Below are positions 51,804-64,000 of a stretch of 64,000 nucleotides of DNA, piece by piece. Under the pieces are notes generated by a model. That model was given only the letters and a program-made list of their open reading frames with translations. It was not told the origin of the DNA and made no database searches. The translations under genes and the position numbers were made by a program. Source of the DNA: Octopus sinensis (taxonomy: Eukaryota); assembly GCF_006345805.1 (NCBI RefSeq), contig NC_043000.1, forward strand, positions 25,420,001-25,484,000, in the 5' to 3' direction. How positions within the stretch are numbered: the first letter of the stretch is position 1; the number at the start of each line of letters is the position of its first letter.

Positions 51804-53454
51804 ACAATGATGATATGAATATGTACATTTGGGCTCCTTTTTAATCGTGGAATTCAAAGATGATAAAGCTATAAATTGTATGTAAATACTGGGTTCACTC
51901 AGCTGTAGAAATGAGTTGCAACGTCACTGGTGCCAAGCTGTATCGACCTTTGTCTTTCCCTTGGATAACACTGGTGGCGTGGAGAGGGGAGGCTGGTTTG
52001 CATGGGCGACTGCTGGTCTTCCATAAACAACCTTGCCCGGACTTGTGTCTAGGAGGGTAACTTTCTAGGTGCAATCCCATGGTCATTCATGACCGAAGGG
52101 GGTCTTTATCCCTTTACTGGGTTACAAAAACCTTGGATAGAAAAAGTTGAAGGCTGCTTTGTGAGACACAATCCCACATCTTCTGTAAATATAACAGATA
52201 TTCTAGCATGGGCAACCTTCAATTTCCTTTAATCTGATATCCTACATGTCATGTTACTACTTATAGCTTTGTCTACTTCAAGTTCCACCAACAAAAATGA
52301 ATTATTTAATGCCTCTTGAAGTTTCTAAATTCTTACGTGTGCGTGTGTGTGTTTGCCCCACTCTGCTTGACAACCAATCTTGGTTTGTTTACATCCATGT
52401 AACTTAATGGTTTGCAGAAAAGAAAAAAAAATATGACTGACAAGATAAGTATCAGACGTTAAAAAAAAATAAGTACAGGGGTGGATTTGTTCAACTAAAT
52501 CCTATAGAGTGGTGCTCCAGTATGGCCACAGTCTAATGACTGAATCAAATAAAATGTAAAAAAGAGCTGATAACTTGCCATATGAACACACTCAAAGTTG
52601 TGACGGCAAGTCACAAAATATTTCTCGGATTTGGCACATAAAAAACACCATTTGAGCGTGGCCATTGCCAGTACCACCTGATTGGCCTTCGTGCCGGTGG
52701 CACATAAAAGCACCCACTACACTCATAGAGTGGTTGGCATTAGGAAGGGCTGTAGAAATTCTGCCAGATCAGATTGGTGCAACCATCTGGTTTGCCAGTC
52801 CTCAGTCAAATCGTTCAACCCATGCCAGCATGGAAAGCGGACATTAAACAATGAGGATGATGACATTGAAAGTTCCAGATCTGTTAAACCACAGACAAGT
52901 TCCTCTTTCTTGTTCATTAGCATGTACTGTATAACATAAATTTAGTTATTTACTTCAGATATAATGGAAACTGGCAGATCTGTTTATGAGCAAACACCCA
53001 ATGCACAAATGCTGTAGACCAAACCTTTGCTGGAATCATTTGAAATGCAGAAATCGGTTGATAATTAAACATGTACAGAAATATGTCTAGAAAACAGGAG
53101 AGATAATATAATTAGCAAGACTTCATTATTACGATGTCTGTTACAATGCTATTAATTAACCGGCCTAATATGGTTACAATGAGCCTAGATTCCTGATATA
53201 CTCTATACAGATGATCAAAAATTCTTGATGAGAGAGAAAGAGAGAATCAGTTTTATTGGGGTTTTTTTTTTTTTATTTCTCTCTGTCCTGTTCGACACAA
53301 AGGAAGTCAAACCGCAGCGATCGATCTGGGAGAAGAAGAGCCATGATTGGCATTCTGTATATCTTTTATCCTTTTATTTGTTCAGTTATTAGACTACGGC
53401 CATGCTGGAGCACCACCTTGAAGAATTTTTAGTCGAATGAATAAACTCTGGTAT

Positions 53455-53822
53455 TTACTCTTTTACTGGTTTCAGTCATTTGACTGTGGCCATGCTGGAG
53501 CACCGCCTTTAGTCGAGCAAATCAACCCCAGGACTTATTCTTTGTAAGCCTAGTACTTATTCTATCGGTCTCTTTTGCCGAACCGGTTGTCAATCGATGT
53601 TGAGGGGACAAACACAGACACACAAACATATACACACATACATACATATATATATATATATACACATATATACATACATATATACGACGGGCTTCTTTCA
53701 GTTTCCGTCTACCAAATCCACTCACAAGGCTTTGGTCGGCCCGAGTCTACAGTTGAAGACACTTGCCCAAGGAGCCACGCAGTGGGACAGAACCCGGAAC
53801 CATGTGGTTGGTAAGCAAGTTA
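53455..53822 (-). mobile_element. SINE family A copy within a cluster of partial copies (53370-54045)
   Basis: Consensus tail, microsatellite and head. Confidence 0.85.
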
Positions 53823-55236
53823 CTTACCACACAGCTACTCCTTTACTTTTTTTTTCTAAGTTTGGCAACTTATTCTGTCAGTCTCTTTTGCCAAACCATT
53901 AAGTTACAAGGATGTAAACACACCAACACTAGTCATCAGGTGATGGTGGGAGACAAGCACAGACACACAGACAGACACAAATACATACATACATCTATAT
54001 ATATATATATAAATTGGCTTCTTTCAGTTTCCATCTACCAAATCCAGTGACAAGCACTTCAAGATATAAAGTGGTTTGGAATGAATGGAGTAGGGGTTCC
54101 AGGAGTGAGTGGATGAAGAAGGGGCTGTCTTGTAATGTAGGGACAGCAGAATAGAAATGATGATTCAGTAAACAAGGAGACAAAATAGTGATGACATGCT
54201 GTTGGGTGGGTTGTAGGAATGGATGGGCAAACACTACAGTTAAGGAGGGAGGTGGCAATACCATTAAGCTTAACCATTTTGTTACCATATTCCTGCTAAA
54301 ATACTACCTTTGTTTTAATTAATTTTGAAAATAAAGAAGAATTTAGTAAAATAACTATGTCATTATTAAGTTGGTGCTTGGAAAATAAATAAGCATTTTT
54401 TTTTTTTTTTGCCTCTGGACTCCCTTTCTTTCCTGTTTTATTCTAATGGACCCTCATACCCATTCAATGTATATAAAAAAAAAGTTTAAATATTTTGTGT
54501 GTTGTGGAAATATAACCATCATAGTATTTTTTAACAACAAAAACACCATTTGAGTGTGGCCGTTGCCAGTACCGCCTGACTGGTCCTCGTGTCGGTGGCA
54601 CATAAAAGCACCCACTACACTCTCGGAGTAGTTGGCATTAGGAAGGGCATCCAGCTGTAGAAACTCTGCCAGATCAGTTTGGAGTCTGGTGCAGCCATCT
54701 GGTTCGCCAGCCCTCAGTCAAATCGTCCAACCCATGCCAGCATGGAAAGCGGACGTTAAACGATGATGATGATGATGATGATGAAAGAGGAAGTTTGTAT
54801 TATTTAAAAATGATAGGGGTAGGGCTCCGAAAGGGGTTTCAGGGAGTAGCATCCCTGCCTTCCTGAGCTAGTTTTCCACCACATTTCTTAAAAATCATGG
54901 TAGAGGCCTTGGTCTTGGGACCACTCATGTCTAGAAACTGAGGTTGGGGGTAAGCAAGGGCATGCCCCTCGTAGAAAATCCAACTACAAAACAGCCTTGA
55001 GATAGCAAAGGAGAACGGGCACCAACCAGCCCAAAGGTTTGGGTGGGCTGCACTTGCCTACCTCAGTTGCTATGGCATTGAGGTAGATCCAGCCACCCCC
55101 GTTAATGGGGACAAAACCAGGATTTAAAACTCTAAATGATGATGATGAACTAGGGATGGTTTTGAGCAGGTTTGTATCAAAAGGATCAAAGGATAAATTA
55201 AGGAAGACGACAGGAACAGAGGAAACTATCTCTTAC

Positions 55237-55398
55237 CAAGACAGGCAATGTTGCCATCCATGCCGATATAGTTTAAGTTAAATTTAGCAGCTTCGACCTC
55301 TCTCGGATCTTGTTCAGTTGTGTCTTCCATAGCAAATATGGACTTCTGGCGGAATACAGCATTATCATCGAAACTGATCTTAGCATCAAAACAAACAA
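55237..55398 (-). CDS. SUCLG2: SUCLG2 exon (162 nt, phase 1/1)
   Basis: (V)[53 protein letters not shown]; acceptor cttgttgcag, donor gtaag. Confidence 0.96.
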
Positions 55399-57402
55399 CT
55401 GCAACAAGACGAAAAATAAAATTTCTTTTTTTTTAAAACATTCATTCAAAATTTGAAACAAAAAATTAAAATTTAATTAGGCATAGCTGTGTAATTAAGA
55501 AGTTCACTTTGCAACACCGTGAGCAATCCTCCTCCTCATCATTTTAACATCCACTTTTCCATGCTTGCATGGATCAGGCAAAACTTGTCAAGGCACACTT
55601 TTCTACAGCCAGATGCTCTTCCTGTCACCAATCCCCCAGTCCTTTGAACTATGTGTAGCTCAATGGTCAGACATGCTTTTATGGAAGATAGCAAACAAAT
55701 CATACGATTGGAGTAAAGATTTTTGCTAACATAACATGGCAGTCCTGGTTTAGGATGAATGTTGCTGTAATTTAGCCCCAGGAGACATTGTCTCCGGCTG
55801 GCTATACGACACGATCTGTGTCCTTATATTTTCAAACAAGGGAATCTAGCACCCCAACTCAGCTCAAAACAATATCTGTGTATCACAATTTCCAGGTTAT
55901 TTCCTTTCATCAGCACAGAATAATAGTTCAGCTAGAGGTAGCACTGCCAAATTCTCATTAGAAATATATAGTTTTCAAAGTGACAACTAGTCACTGATCT
56001 ATAAATTAGAAAATTACTATTTTTTAATCTCACAACGTGAGAAATTCATCCTAAACCAAGGCTGCCATGTTATGTTGGTAAATGATCTTTACTCCAAAGT
56101 AATGTTGCTGAATATCTCTCGTTGTGAGATTTAAAAATAGTAATTTTTTTTAAATCATACCATTTCAATGAATGGCGACTATTTTCAGTCTCCTCCTCCA
56201 GTCAATTTTCCCCTTCCACACATCACTACTATATGTCTGCTAAAAAATATATTTACCAGAAGGCCACCAAAGCCAACAAAGGGCCACTGTATAATCAGTT
56301 GATCTGCTAAAAATAACAACCTAATTTTCCTTAACTCATCTTCTCTGCTCTTGAAAGAAGAAGTGAGAGATAGAATGGATAATCATCATCATCATCATCA
56401 TCGTTTAACGTCCGTTCTCCATGCTAGCATGGGTTGGACGGTTCGACCAGGGATCTGGGAAGCCAGAAGGCTGCACCAGGCTCCGGTCTTATCTGGCAAA
56501 GTTTCTACAGCTGGATGCCCTTCCTAACGCCAACCACTCCGTGAGTGTAGTGGGTGCTTTTTACGTGCCACCTGCACTGGTGCCAGGCGAGGCTGGCATC
56601 GGCCATGGTCGGATTGGTGCATTTTACATGCTACCTGCACGGAAGCCAGTCGAGGCGGCACTGGCTTCAGCCACGATTCGGATGGTGCTTTTTACGTGCC
56701 ACTGACACTTAACATGTTGGCTGCCACACGTCCTTGCTGGTGGGTCGTGGTGGTATGTTAGTGAGTCCTGCATGACCCACCAGTGGGTTGTTTATTAATT
56801 TCTTTCCTTTGGGCTTTCTGAGAGCTGGAATGCTCCAATTGCTTTCACTTGTGCTTTTGCGACATGAAGAGAACAATTTGTTATAGATTTTTTCATATTT
56901 TTTTTTCATTTTTCTTCTGATTTCACCATATAATGAGGTAAAATAAAAGATTGAGTATTGAAAAAACTTTATTTACCATTGAAACAAAAATAGCTTTTTT
57001 TGAAAAAAAAAAATGGTAGATTTTCCAATAGAAACAGGAGGGAATGAAAAATATTTTACTTGCCATGGAAACCAAAATAATTGTTTTTGAAAAGATTTCA
57101 AGATCTTCTAATAGAAAATACCCAAATTTTTAATTGACCTCAGGTAGGTTGTGTAGCATATAGAATGTGATATGAACTAGGGTACTCACGACCCTCTGGT
57201 GGAATGTGGGTATCTAACACTACCTATGTGATCCTTGCCTCACATATGGTATAATGTAAAAATATTATGCCGTTCATGTCAAAATCAATTAAGATATTGT
57301 GTTGGGACCCTGATATAAAACGTAAAATGAGGCTCAGGGGCCAACGTGTTAATATACTAAAAAGACAATTTAGAAAGTCTTTGATTATATGTCTGTTCTT
57401 GT

Positions 57403-57915
57403 GGAGGCAACATGGCTTGGTGCTAGGATTTTGGACTCATGAATGTAAGGTTGTGGTTTTGATTCCTGGATAGGGCAATGCATTGTGTTCTTGAGCAAAA
57501 CACTTCATTTTACATTGTTCCAGTTCACTCAGTCGTAAGTAGGTCCTAGCAAAAACTGGGAAATTAACCCTGCAATAGACTAGCATCCTATTCAGGGGGA
57601 GTGTTGTAATTATAAGACTATGGTTTCAATTCCTAGACTGGACAACATATTTACATTGTTCCAGTCCACTCAGTCGTAAAACTGGGAAATTAACTCTGCG
57701 ATGGACTAGCATCCTATTCAGTGGGGGGGGGGGTGTAATCACAAGATTGTGGTTGCAATTCCTAGATTAGGTGACGCATTGTGTTCTGGAGTCCACTCAG
57801 CTGGCAAAAATGAGTCATCCTGCAATCGAGCAGCATCCCGTCCAGGGGCTAAACATATAATATACGCCACAGAAACTGGGAAACTGACCCTTATTAGTCC
57901 ATAGGGTTCAAGAAC
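57403..57915 (+). mobile_element. tRNA-headed SINE family E with internal tandem triplication
   Basis: Head ggaggcaacatggc...gattcctgg; three units each ending ctgcgatggactagcatcc.ttcagggg; related copy at 40400-40595 on minus. Confidence 0.65.
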
Positions 57916-58049
57916 AATGTTTTATCTACTATATTCTTACCTTTCAAAGCTGATTTAGGGCAAACAATCAACAATAAATAACAAGGCAACCACAGGTTAT
58001 TTAGACTTTAAATTGCCCAGCCCTGCCCAGGCCAGCCATCTTGACTTAC

Positions 58050-58146
58050 CTTTGCCGTCATGAGTTTCCCCAAAAGGGTTCACCTCTACTTGGGTTGCAT
58101 CGACATTTTGAAACAGGTTGTACAAACAGCAGATTTGATTGGCAGC
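58050..58146 (-). CDS. SUCLG2: SUCLG2 exon (97 nt, phase 0/1)
   Basis: AANQICCLYNLFQNVDATQVEVNPFGETHDGK; DATQVEVNPFGET is SUCLG2-type; acceptor attgcag, donor gtaagt. Confidence 0.96.
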
Positions 58147-58199
58147 CTGCAATGAGGAACATTCTTAGCTAAATGACCAAAACATAACATTTTGGGGAT

Positions 58200-58545
58200 G
58201 GCAATGGTGGTGGTGATGATGATGATGATGATGATGGTGGTGGTGATGATGTTGATGATAGTGGTGGTGATGATGACGATGGTGATGATGTGGATGGTTG
58301 GTGATGATGATGATAATGAAGGATGGTTAGTGATGATGATGGCTATGGTGATGGTGATGGTGATGGTGATGATGATAGTGATGATGATGATGATGGTGGT
58401 GGTGATGATGATGATGATGATGGTGGTGGTGATGATGATGATGATGGTGGTGGTGATGATGATAGTGATGATGATGATGATGAGGATGGTGAGGATGGTT
58501 ACAGTGATGATGATGATTACAAAGGTGATGGCGATGGTGATGATG
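58200..58545. repeat. (GAT/GGT)n trinucleotide microsatellite in the 428-bp SUCLG2 intron
   Basis: Direct reading; source of the poly-M/V, poly-D/G and poly-T/I ORFs. Confidence 0.95.
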
Positions 58546-58574
58546 TTATAAAGAGTATCAGTATAATTGCTCAC

Positions 58575-58664
58575 TTCTTCATGCAAATTACTTTTGAAGC
58601 CAAGGTTGGAAGCCATCTTGAGAGCCTGTTCCTTAGAAATCCCAGTAAAGATATCGATTGGTTC
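58575..58664 (-). CDS. SUCLG2: SUCLG2 exon (90 nt, phase 0/0)
   Basis: EPIDIFTGISKEQALKMASNLGFKSNLHEE; acceptor tttttcag, donor gtgagc. Confidence 0.95.
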
Positions 58665-58882
58665 CTGAAAAATATGACAAAACAGACATCCCTTACTTAT
58701 TGATACGAAATATAATTTACAGACATTACACAAGACACAGGACTTCAAATATGGCCTAGGGACATAGCCTATTATATTGACCCCACTCTGTGACCCCAGG
58801 AGGATGAAAGATGAGCTTGGCCTCAGTGATATTTGAACTTAGCATGTCAACAGCCAGGACAAATATTGCAATGTATTTTGTC

Positions 58883-59096
58883 AAAACGGTGAGCTGGCAG
58901 AAACGCTAGCACACCGGGCAAAATGCTTAGCGGTATTTCGTCTGTCGTTACGTTCTGAGTTCAAATTCCGCTGAGGTCAACTTTGCCTTTCATTCTTTCA
59001 GGGTTGATAAATTAAGTACCAGTTATGTACTGGGGTCGATCTAATCAACTGGCTTCTCCCCCAAAAATTTCAGGCCTTCTGCCTATAGTAGAAAAG
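58883..59096 (+). mobile_element. SINE family C variant (different tail) with 13-bp TSD
   Basis: TSD aatgtattttgtc at 58870-58882 and 59097-59109. Confidence 0.85.
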
Positions 59097-59429
59097 AATG
59101 TATTTTGTCCAGTGTTCTTAATGATATGACCAGGTTCCAGTCTCAATCCAACAGTGTGGAATTCTTGGGGTAAGTGTCTTTTACGATTGCCTTGGATCAA
59201 CTTTAGCTTTGCGAATGAAATTGAGCAGACAAAAGAAAGAAAGAGGCACTGAACACATTTAGTAGGAGTTACATACAGGGTGGCCCCAAAAAAGTAGGTT
59301 TCCAGTTATCACGTAGGCACTTTAATTTGCTTTTAAAACATTTTATTACATTTAAATTTCTATCTTACAAACTGATAAGGGAGCTTGACAAAATGAACTA
59401 AATTAGCATAGAATAATGGTTTATGCTGT

Positions 59430-59998
59430 TTTTTCTTTTACTTGTTTCAGTCATTTGACAACGGCCATACTGGAGCATCACCTTTAGTCGAACAAATCGA
59501 CACTAAGACTTATTCTTTGTAAGCCTAGTACTTATTCTATCGGTCTCTTTTGCCAAACTGCCAAGTTACAGAGGAATGTAAATACACCAACATTGGTTGT
59601 CATGCGATGATGAGGAGACAAACACGGACACACGAACATACACACAAATACGATGGGCTTCTTTCAGTTTCCGCCTACTAAATCCACTCACAAGGCTTTG
59701 GTTGGCCCGAGGCTATAGTCGAAGATGCTTGCCCAAGGTTCCACGCGGTAGAACAGAAACTGAAAGAAGCCTGAAAGAACATGCATATATATATGTGTGT
59801 GTGTGTTTGTCCCTCCATCATCGCTTGACAACCAATGATGGTGTGTTTACGTACTCATAACTTAGCGGTTCAGCACAAAACACCAATAGAATAAGTATAA
59901 GGCTTACAAAGAATAAGTCCTGGGGTTGATTTGTTTGACTAAAGATGGTGCTCCTGCATGGCTAGTCAAATGACTGAAACAAGTAAAAGAATAAAAGA
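59430..59998. mobile_element. Head-to-head pair of family A SINEs
   Basis: Minus copy 59430-59750, plus copy about 59750-59998; tails form about 195-bp inverted repeat. Confidence 0.8.
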
Positions 59999-60365
59999 TA
60001 TATATATATGCATGTGTGTGTGTAATAAATGTCTGTATATATCTCCACATGACATCATATGATAGTTGTAAATGAGTGTCAATGTCATACAGGTGGTTTC
60101 ATTGATTTCTAGTCTTCTATGAGAAACATGTCCAGCCATGGAGAAATGTTACCTTCCTTGGAAATAGCTGAGGGTTGGCAACAAGAAGGGCATCCAGCTG
60201 CAGAAATTTGCCTCAATAAATTCTATCTGTGAAATTATGGAAAAGTGGATACCAAAACAATGGTGATGATGGTGGTTGTAGTGGTGGAGACAAGCTGAAG
60301 ATGTATGAGTTCGACACAACAAAATACAAAAGAAACCAATGAAAACAAAAAAAAAATTAAATTAC

Positions 60366-60518
60366 CGTAAAAATGGCTTCGGGTGATTTGGCAGCAACCT
60401 CTTCAATGTCCATGCCACCACAGGGGCTACCGACTATCACAGGTCCTCCGTATTTTCTGTCCATCAGGATTGCTAGGTAGGCCTCACGAGAAATATCCAA
60501 AGCTTCAGCAATCATCAC
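60366..60518 (-). CDS. SUCLG2: Succinyl-CoA ligase GDP-forming beta subunit, first coding exon visible in window (153 nt, phase 0/0)
   Basis: VMIAEALDISREAYLAILMDRKYGGPVIVGSPCGGMDIEEVAAKSPEAIFT; acceptor ttgttgcag, donor gtaat; closely matches SUCLG2 VMVAEALDISRETYLAILMDR...GSPQGGVDIEEVAA. Confidence 0.96.
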
Positions 60519-61824
60519 CTGCAACAAGAAAAAGGAGGCACCATTGTATCTTTTACCTTTTACTTGTTTCACTCATTACAATGTGGCCATGCTGGGGCAC
60601 AGCCTTCAACAATTTTTAATCAACTGAATCAATGGCAGTACATTTTAAAAAAAAAGCCCGGTACTTATTCTATTGGTCTCTTTTGTCAAACTGCTAAGTA
60701 GAAGAAAAAAACGGAAAGAAACCCATTATAAGTGTGTGTGTGTATATATAAGAGCTGAGTGATATAAGAGGCAGAAGGAAATTTAACATTTCTGTATGGT
60801 TACAGCTGTTTCATAACTCTATACAGAAATAGTAAACCTTTTGCCTCTCACATCTCCTGTTTTTATATATATAGAGATACCACAGTGGAAATATTACTGT
60901 TTGTGTCTCCTGGATTTCCAGAAGAATAGTCATGCTAAATTAAATATTGATTTGATTAATGTATGCACCGATAACCAGTTCCTCAGCTGGAGCATTTGCA
61001 ATAAGTTCCATTTGATCCTCCAAATCTAACTTTCTTCTTTATTACACCATCATCATCATCATTTAATGTGTTTTCCATGCTGACATGGATTGGACAGTTT
61101 GACAAGAGCTGGCAAACCAGAGGACTGTGCCAAGCCCAATTGTCTGTTTTAACACTGTTTCTATGGCTGGATGCCCTTCCTAACACCAACCACTTTACAG
61201 AGTGTACTGGGTGCTTTCTTTGTGACTCCAGTACCGGTGGGGTCACTGAGTAACTTGCAAGATAAAGTCCCCTTGAATGGGGGACAAAGTATTGAGGAAG
61301 GTGGCTTTGTGCCAGTTGTTGAGAGGTTAAAAGAATGATAAAGGTATAGAGATAAGTGCCTTGTAGAAGAGATACAAGGATGACCCAGTTGGAGAAGGAA
61401 CAAAAATACATACACACATGGGTAATTTGCTTACAAACTACACTAGGCTTTGGCTACAAATAATGACATCACTCTTTGTGGCTGACCTGCAATGAGATTT
61501 CTCATCAAAAAAACATCCATCAGCTCTGTGCTTTTAAATTCCCCTACAATAAAAAAAAAATTATCCCTTATTTGAAAAGCAAGTTGAGGTTGGCACAATT
61601 GGAAAAGCATCAGGCTGTATAAATCCTGTAGTAATTATTTTCCATCTAACCCATGCTACCATGGAAAAACAGATGTTATGCAAAGTGAACAAACCAGGAA
61701 ATAATTTTAAAAACTCTCCTTAAACAAGTTAATCGGTCTCAACGTGAGACAGGTGCCTATGTTGTTGTTTAGCTTTCAATTAGTGACTACTCTATGACTC
61801 TGCTACTCTCTCCACTACAATCCT

Positions 61825-62215
61825 ATCACATCATCATCATTGTTCGACCGTGGTCGAGACAATGGAATTTACTATGTTATGCCAGACTTCACAGTCCATC
61901 ATAGCATTATGGAGGTCCTGTTGCTGGATGCCTGTATCCCTGGAGATTACATCAGGGTAGGAGAGTGTGCGCCCTCTGGTATCGCGAGCAGATGGCTTCC
62001 AGAGGAGAAAAGTAGAAATTACCTCGTTTTCAGCTCTACAAAAATGTCCAGCAAACTGGACTCTTCTACCTTTCACAAGAGATGATACAGGTGGTAACTT
62101 CCCATATATTTGTACTTTGGTTGGATGATGCTTCCACGAATGATATATTCTATTCACATCATCCAGCTTACTCTCCCTAATCATCCTGCCTAGGATCATT
62201 GTATACTCTCTCTTC
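61825..62215 (-). mobile_element. 3' end of an RTE-clade LINE
   Basis: SWKHHPTKVQIYGKLPPVS..RRVQFAGH.CR..LLWKP..DTG..MMDCEVW then (TGA)n tail. Confidence 0.85.
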
Positions 62216-63699
62216 TATTCTTCCTCAGTTATAGGCCCTTAGCCTTGCAATTTATGAGCCAACATTCACAAGTGCAGCTGTCAGGATTAAAAAGATCACT
62301 GAGTACACAATGTAAAGTAGTTGATGCTAGGAAGGTCATCCAGCCATAGAAACCTTGCCGAATTAGGACACTGGAGCATTATGTCATGGGTTGGCTTCTC
62401 AGATCTTGTCAAACCAGCCAACCCATAGCAGCATAGGAGTCAGATGTTATATGATGATGATTATCCCCAGGTTAGCTAAATCTGAGCAGACTTATAATCA
62501 AAATCGTTTTTGAGAGCGGTTGGTTTCATTTTTAGTATTCTTGTTTGTGAGAGCAGCTGAGTATATTTCAGATATTCTCATTTTAAAAACCATCTCTGAC
62601 CAATTGTTGAAACGTCATTGGTGTTGTCTTGTTGGGGGTTTGAGCTCTGTGAGTGCTCTTGTTATCATACTTATTCTATTGGCTTCTTTTGCCAAACCGT
62701 TAAGTTATGGGTACGTAAACACACCAGCATCATGAGAATTATGATTTTTATCTGGACCAATCAGATTCTTGTATTTACATATGGTTAAACTGAGCCAATA
62801 GCGAATCATGTGACTGCTGTCTGGACCAGTCAAAGTGACCACCCCATCGTTTATCTGGACATAAAACATCATATCCTCCAATATGCCCTTCTCCAATTCA
62901 AGACAGTAAGATGCAATTTGAGGGAAATTTTACCGCTCTTTCTAGCTGGTTAAGCAACACTGAGTGGACAGTAATGAGTTTCCAAGGAAGCACAGTGACC
63001 ACATGGGTTCAATTCCCAGTGATAACTATTTCAGAAAAGCTTTTAGCAAATCCAGACCAAACCCCTACCCCTACCCCACCATCTGAAATCAATAGAAGAT
63101 AATTACTCGTTAATTTGACCTCTCATTATAAAAAGTCAGGCAACTGACCCAATTAATCACACTTGCATGTAATAAATATGCATTGGTTGATTGATTTAAT
63201 TAAAGCTTATATCCAATTAAGTTGTTCAGTCAATTAGAATTCAATCCAATCTATAATTCTTTAATTCCATTTCAACATTCTCTCTAATGCCAAGACACTA
63301 ATCCTAAAGCTACAAGTCTTTGATGATTCCATCACATTAAAAGCTCTTAGTCCTGTGTATTCTAGCACCCCACTCTACTGTTTTTCATTCAATCTGGCAA
63401 CGATACAACTCTTATGGTGGTGAATCAATGAAGGGTCCTGAAAATTGAAGAAATAATAGCTAAATCTTCCTCAAACCACATTAAAGACTTACTGTTAAAG
63501 ACTTCACATACTTGCTTTAACCACAAGCTGCCTATTAACTTATAAATGCTAATAATGAGCAAACCCCTTTAATATACATCCCTTACATGTTTTGCAGTAT
63601 GCTTACAGTAGGGAAGCTACTACATGATCACTGAATCTGTTAGAAATAGCAGCCAAGATATCTCAAATCACATCTTACTGTCCTGAGAAAAGTAAGATA

Positions 63700-63945
63700 C
63701 ATATGCCATTATTTACATTATTTACATTTGACAGATATTTGTCCTCATCTAGTTTGTTGTTAACACAATGTTTCGGCTGATATACCCTCCAGCCTTCTTC
63801 AGGTGTCTTGGGGAAATTTCGAACCTGGGTTCTCATTCCTAAGGTATTTTTCGATATTATTATTATCATTATTATTATTATTATTCAGGTCACTGCCTGG
63901 AATCGAACTTAGAATCTTGGGGTTAGTAGCCTGCGCTCTTAACCA
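63700..63945 (-). mobile_element. tRNA-headed, hammerhead-bearing short element
   Basis: tggttaagagcgcaggctactaaccccaagattctaagttcgattccagg (B box), (AAT)n, hammerhead, tail gtcaaatgtaaataat; inverted tail copy at 63946-63960. Confidence 0.7.
63762..63807 (-). ncRNA. Minimal type I hammerhead
   Basis: GACAC-CUGAAGA-A-GGCUG..CAGCC-GAAAC-AUU-GUGUU; 5-bp stems I and II; position 16.2 is A instead of G. Confidence 0.6.
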
Positions 63946-64000
63946 TCAAATGTAAATAATGTACATAATTATTCGTCTCTTAAATATAGAACTATAACAT

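Noticed and set aside
58870-59109. SINE C inserted in an older SINE C-like head as support for self-targeting
   Set aside because: Opposite orientation, different site and different tail subfamily; does not support the 16-mer target model

Overview
AT-rich, repeat-saturated eukaryotic genomic DNA, most likely a cephalopod such as Octopus (inferred from repeat content and intron size; not verifiable here). The only recognisable host gene is the 3' part of a GDP-forming succinyl-CoA ligase beta subunit (SUCLG2) on the minus strand. It has seven coding exons from 60518 to the stop at 39287, all GT-AG with consistent phases; its upstream exons lie beyond the window. The rest is at least five tRNA-headed or RTE-tailed SINE families, decayed LINEs (Tx1/L1-like ORF1, CR1, RTE, R4-like, HERO-like), Penelope-like elements (PLEs), Tc1/mariner, piggyBac and Merlin-like DNA elements, foldbacks and microsatellites. 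Two things stand out. First, several families of minimal type I hammerhead ribozymes: one family whose three copies share an A3-U8 swap of the catalytic C3-G8 pair, a 550-nt non-coding retrozyme-like unit, and a tRNA-headed hammerhead SINE. Second, junction evidence that a Tx1-like LINE and a SINE both insert at the same 16-nt site inside that SINE's own head. Most ORFs in the supplied track are translations of microsatellites.
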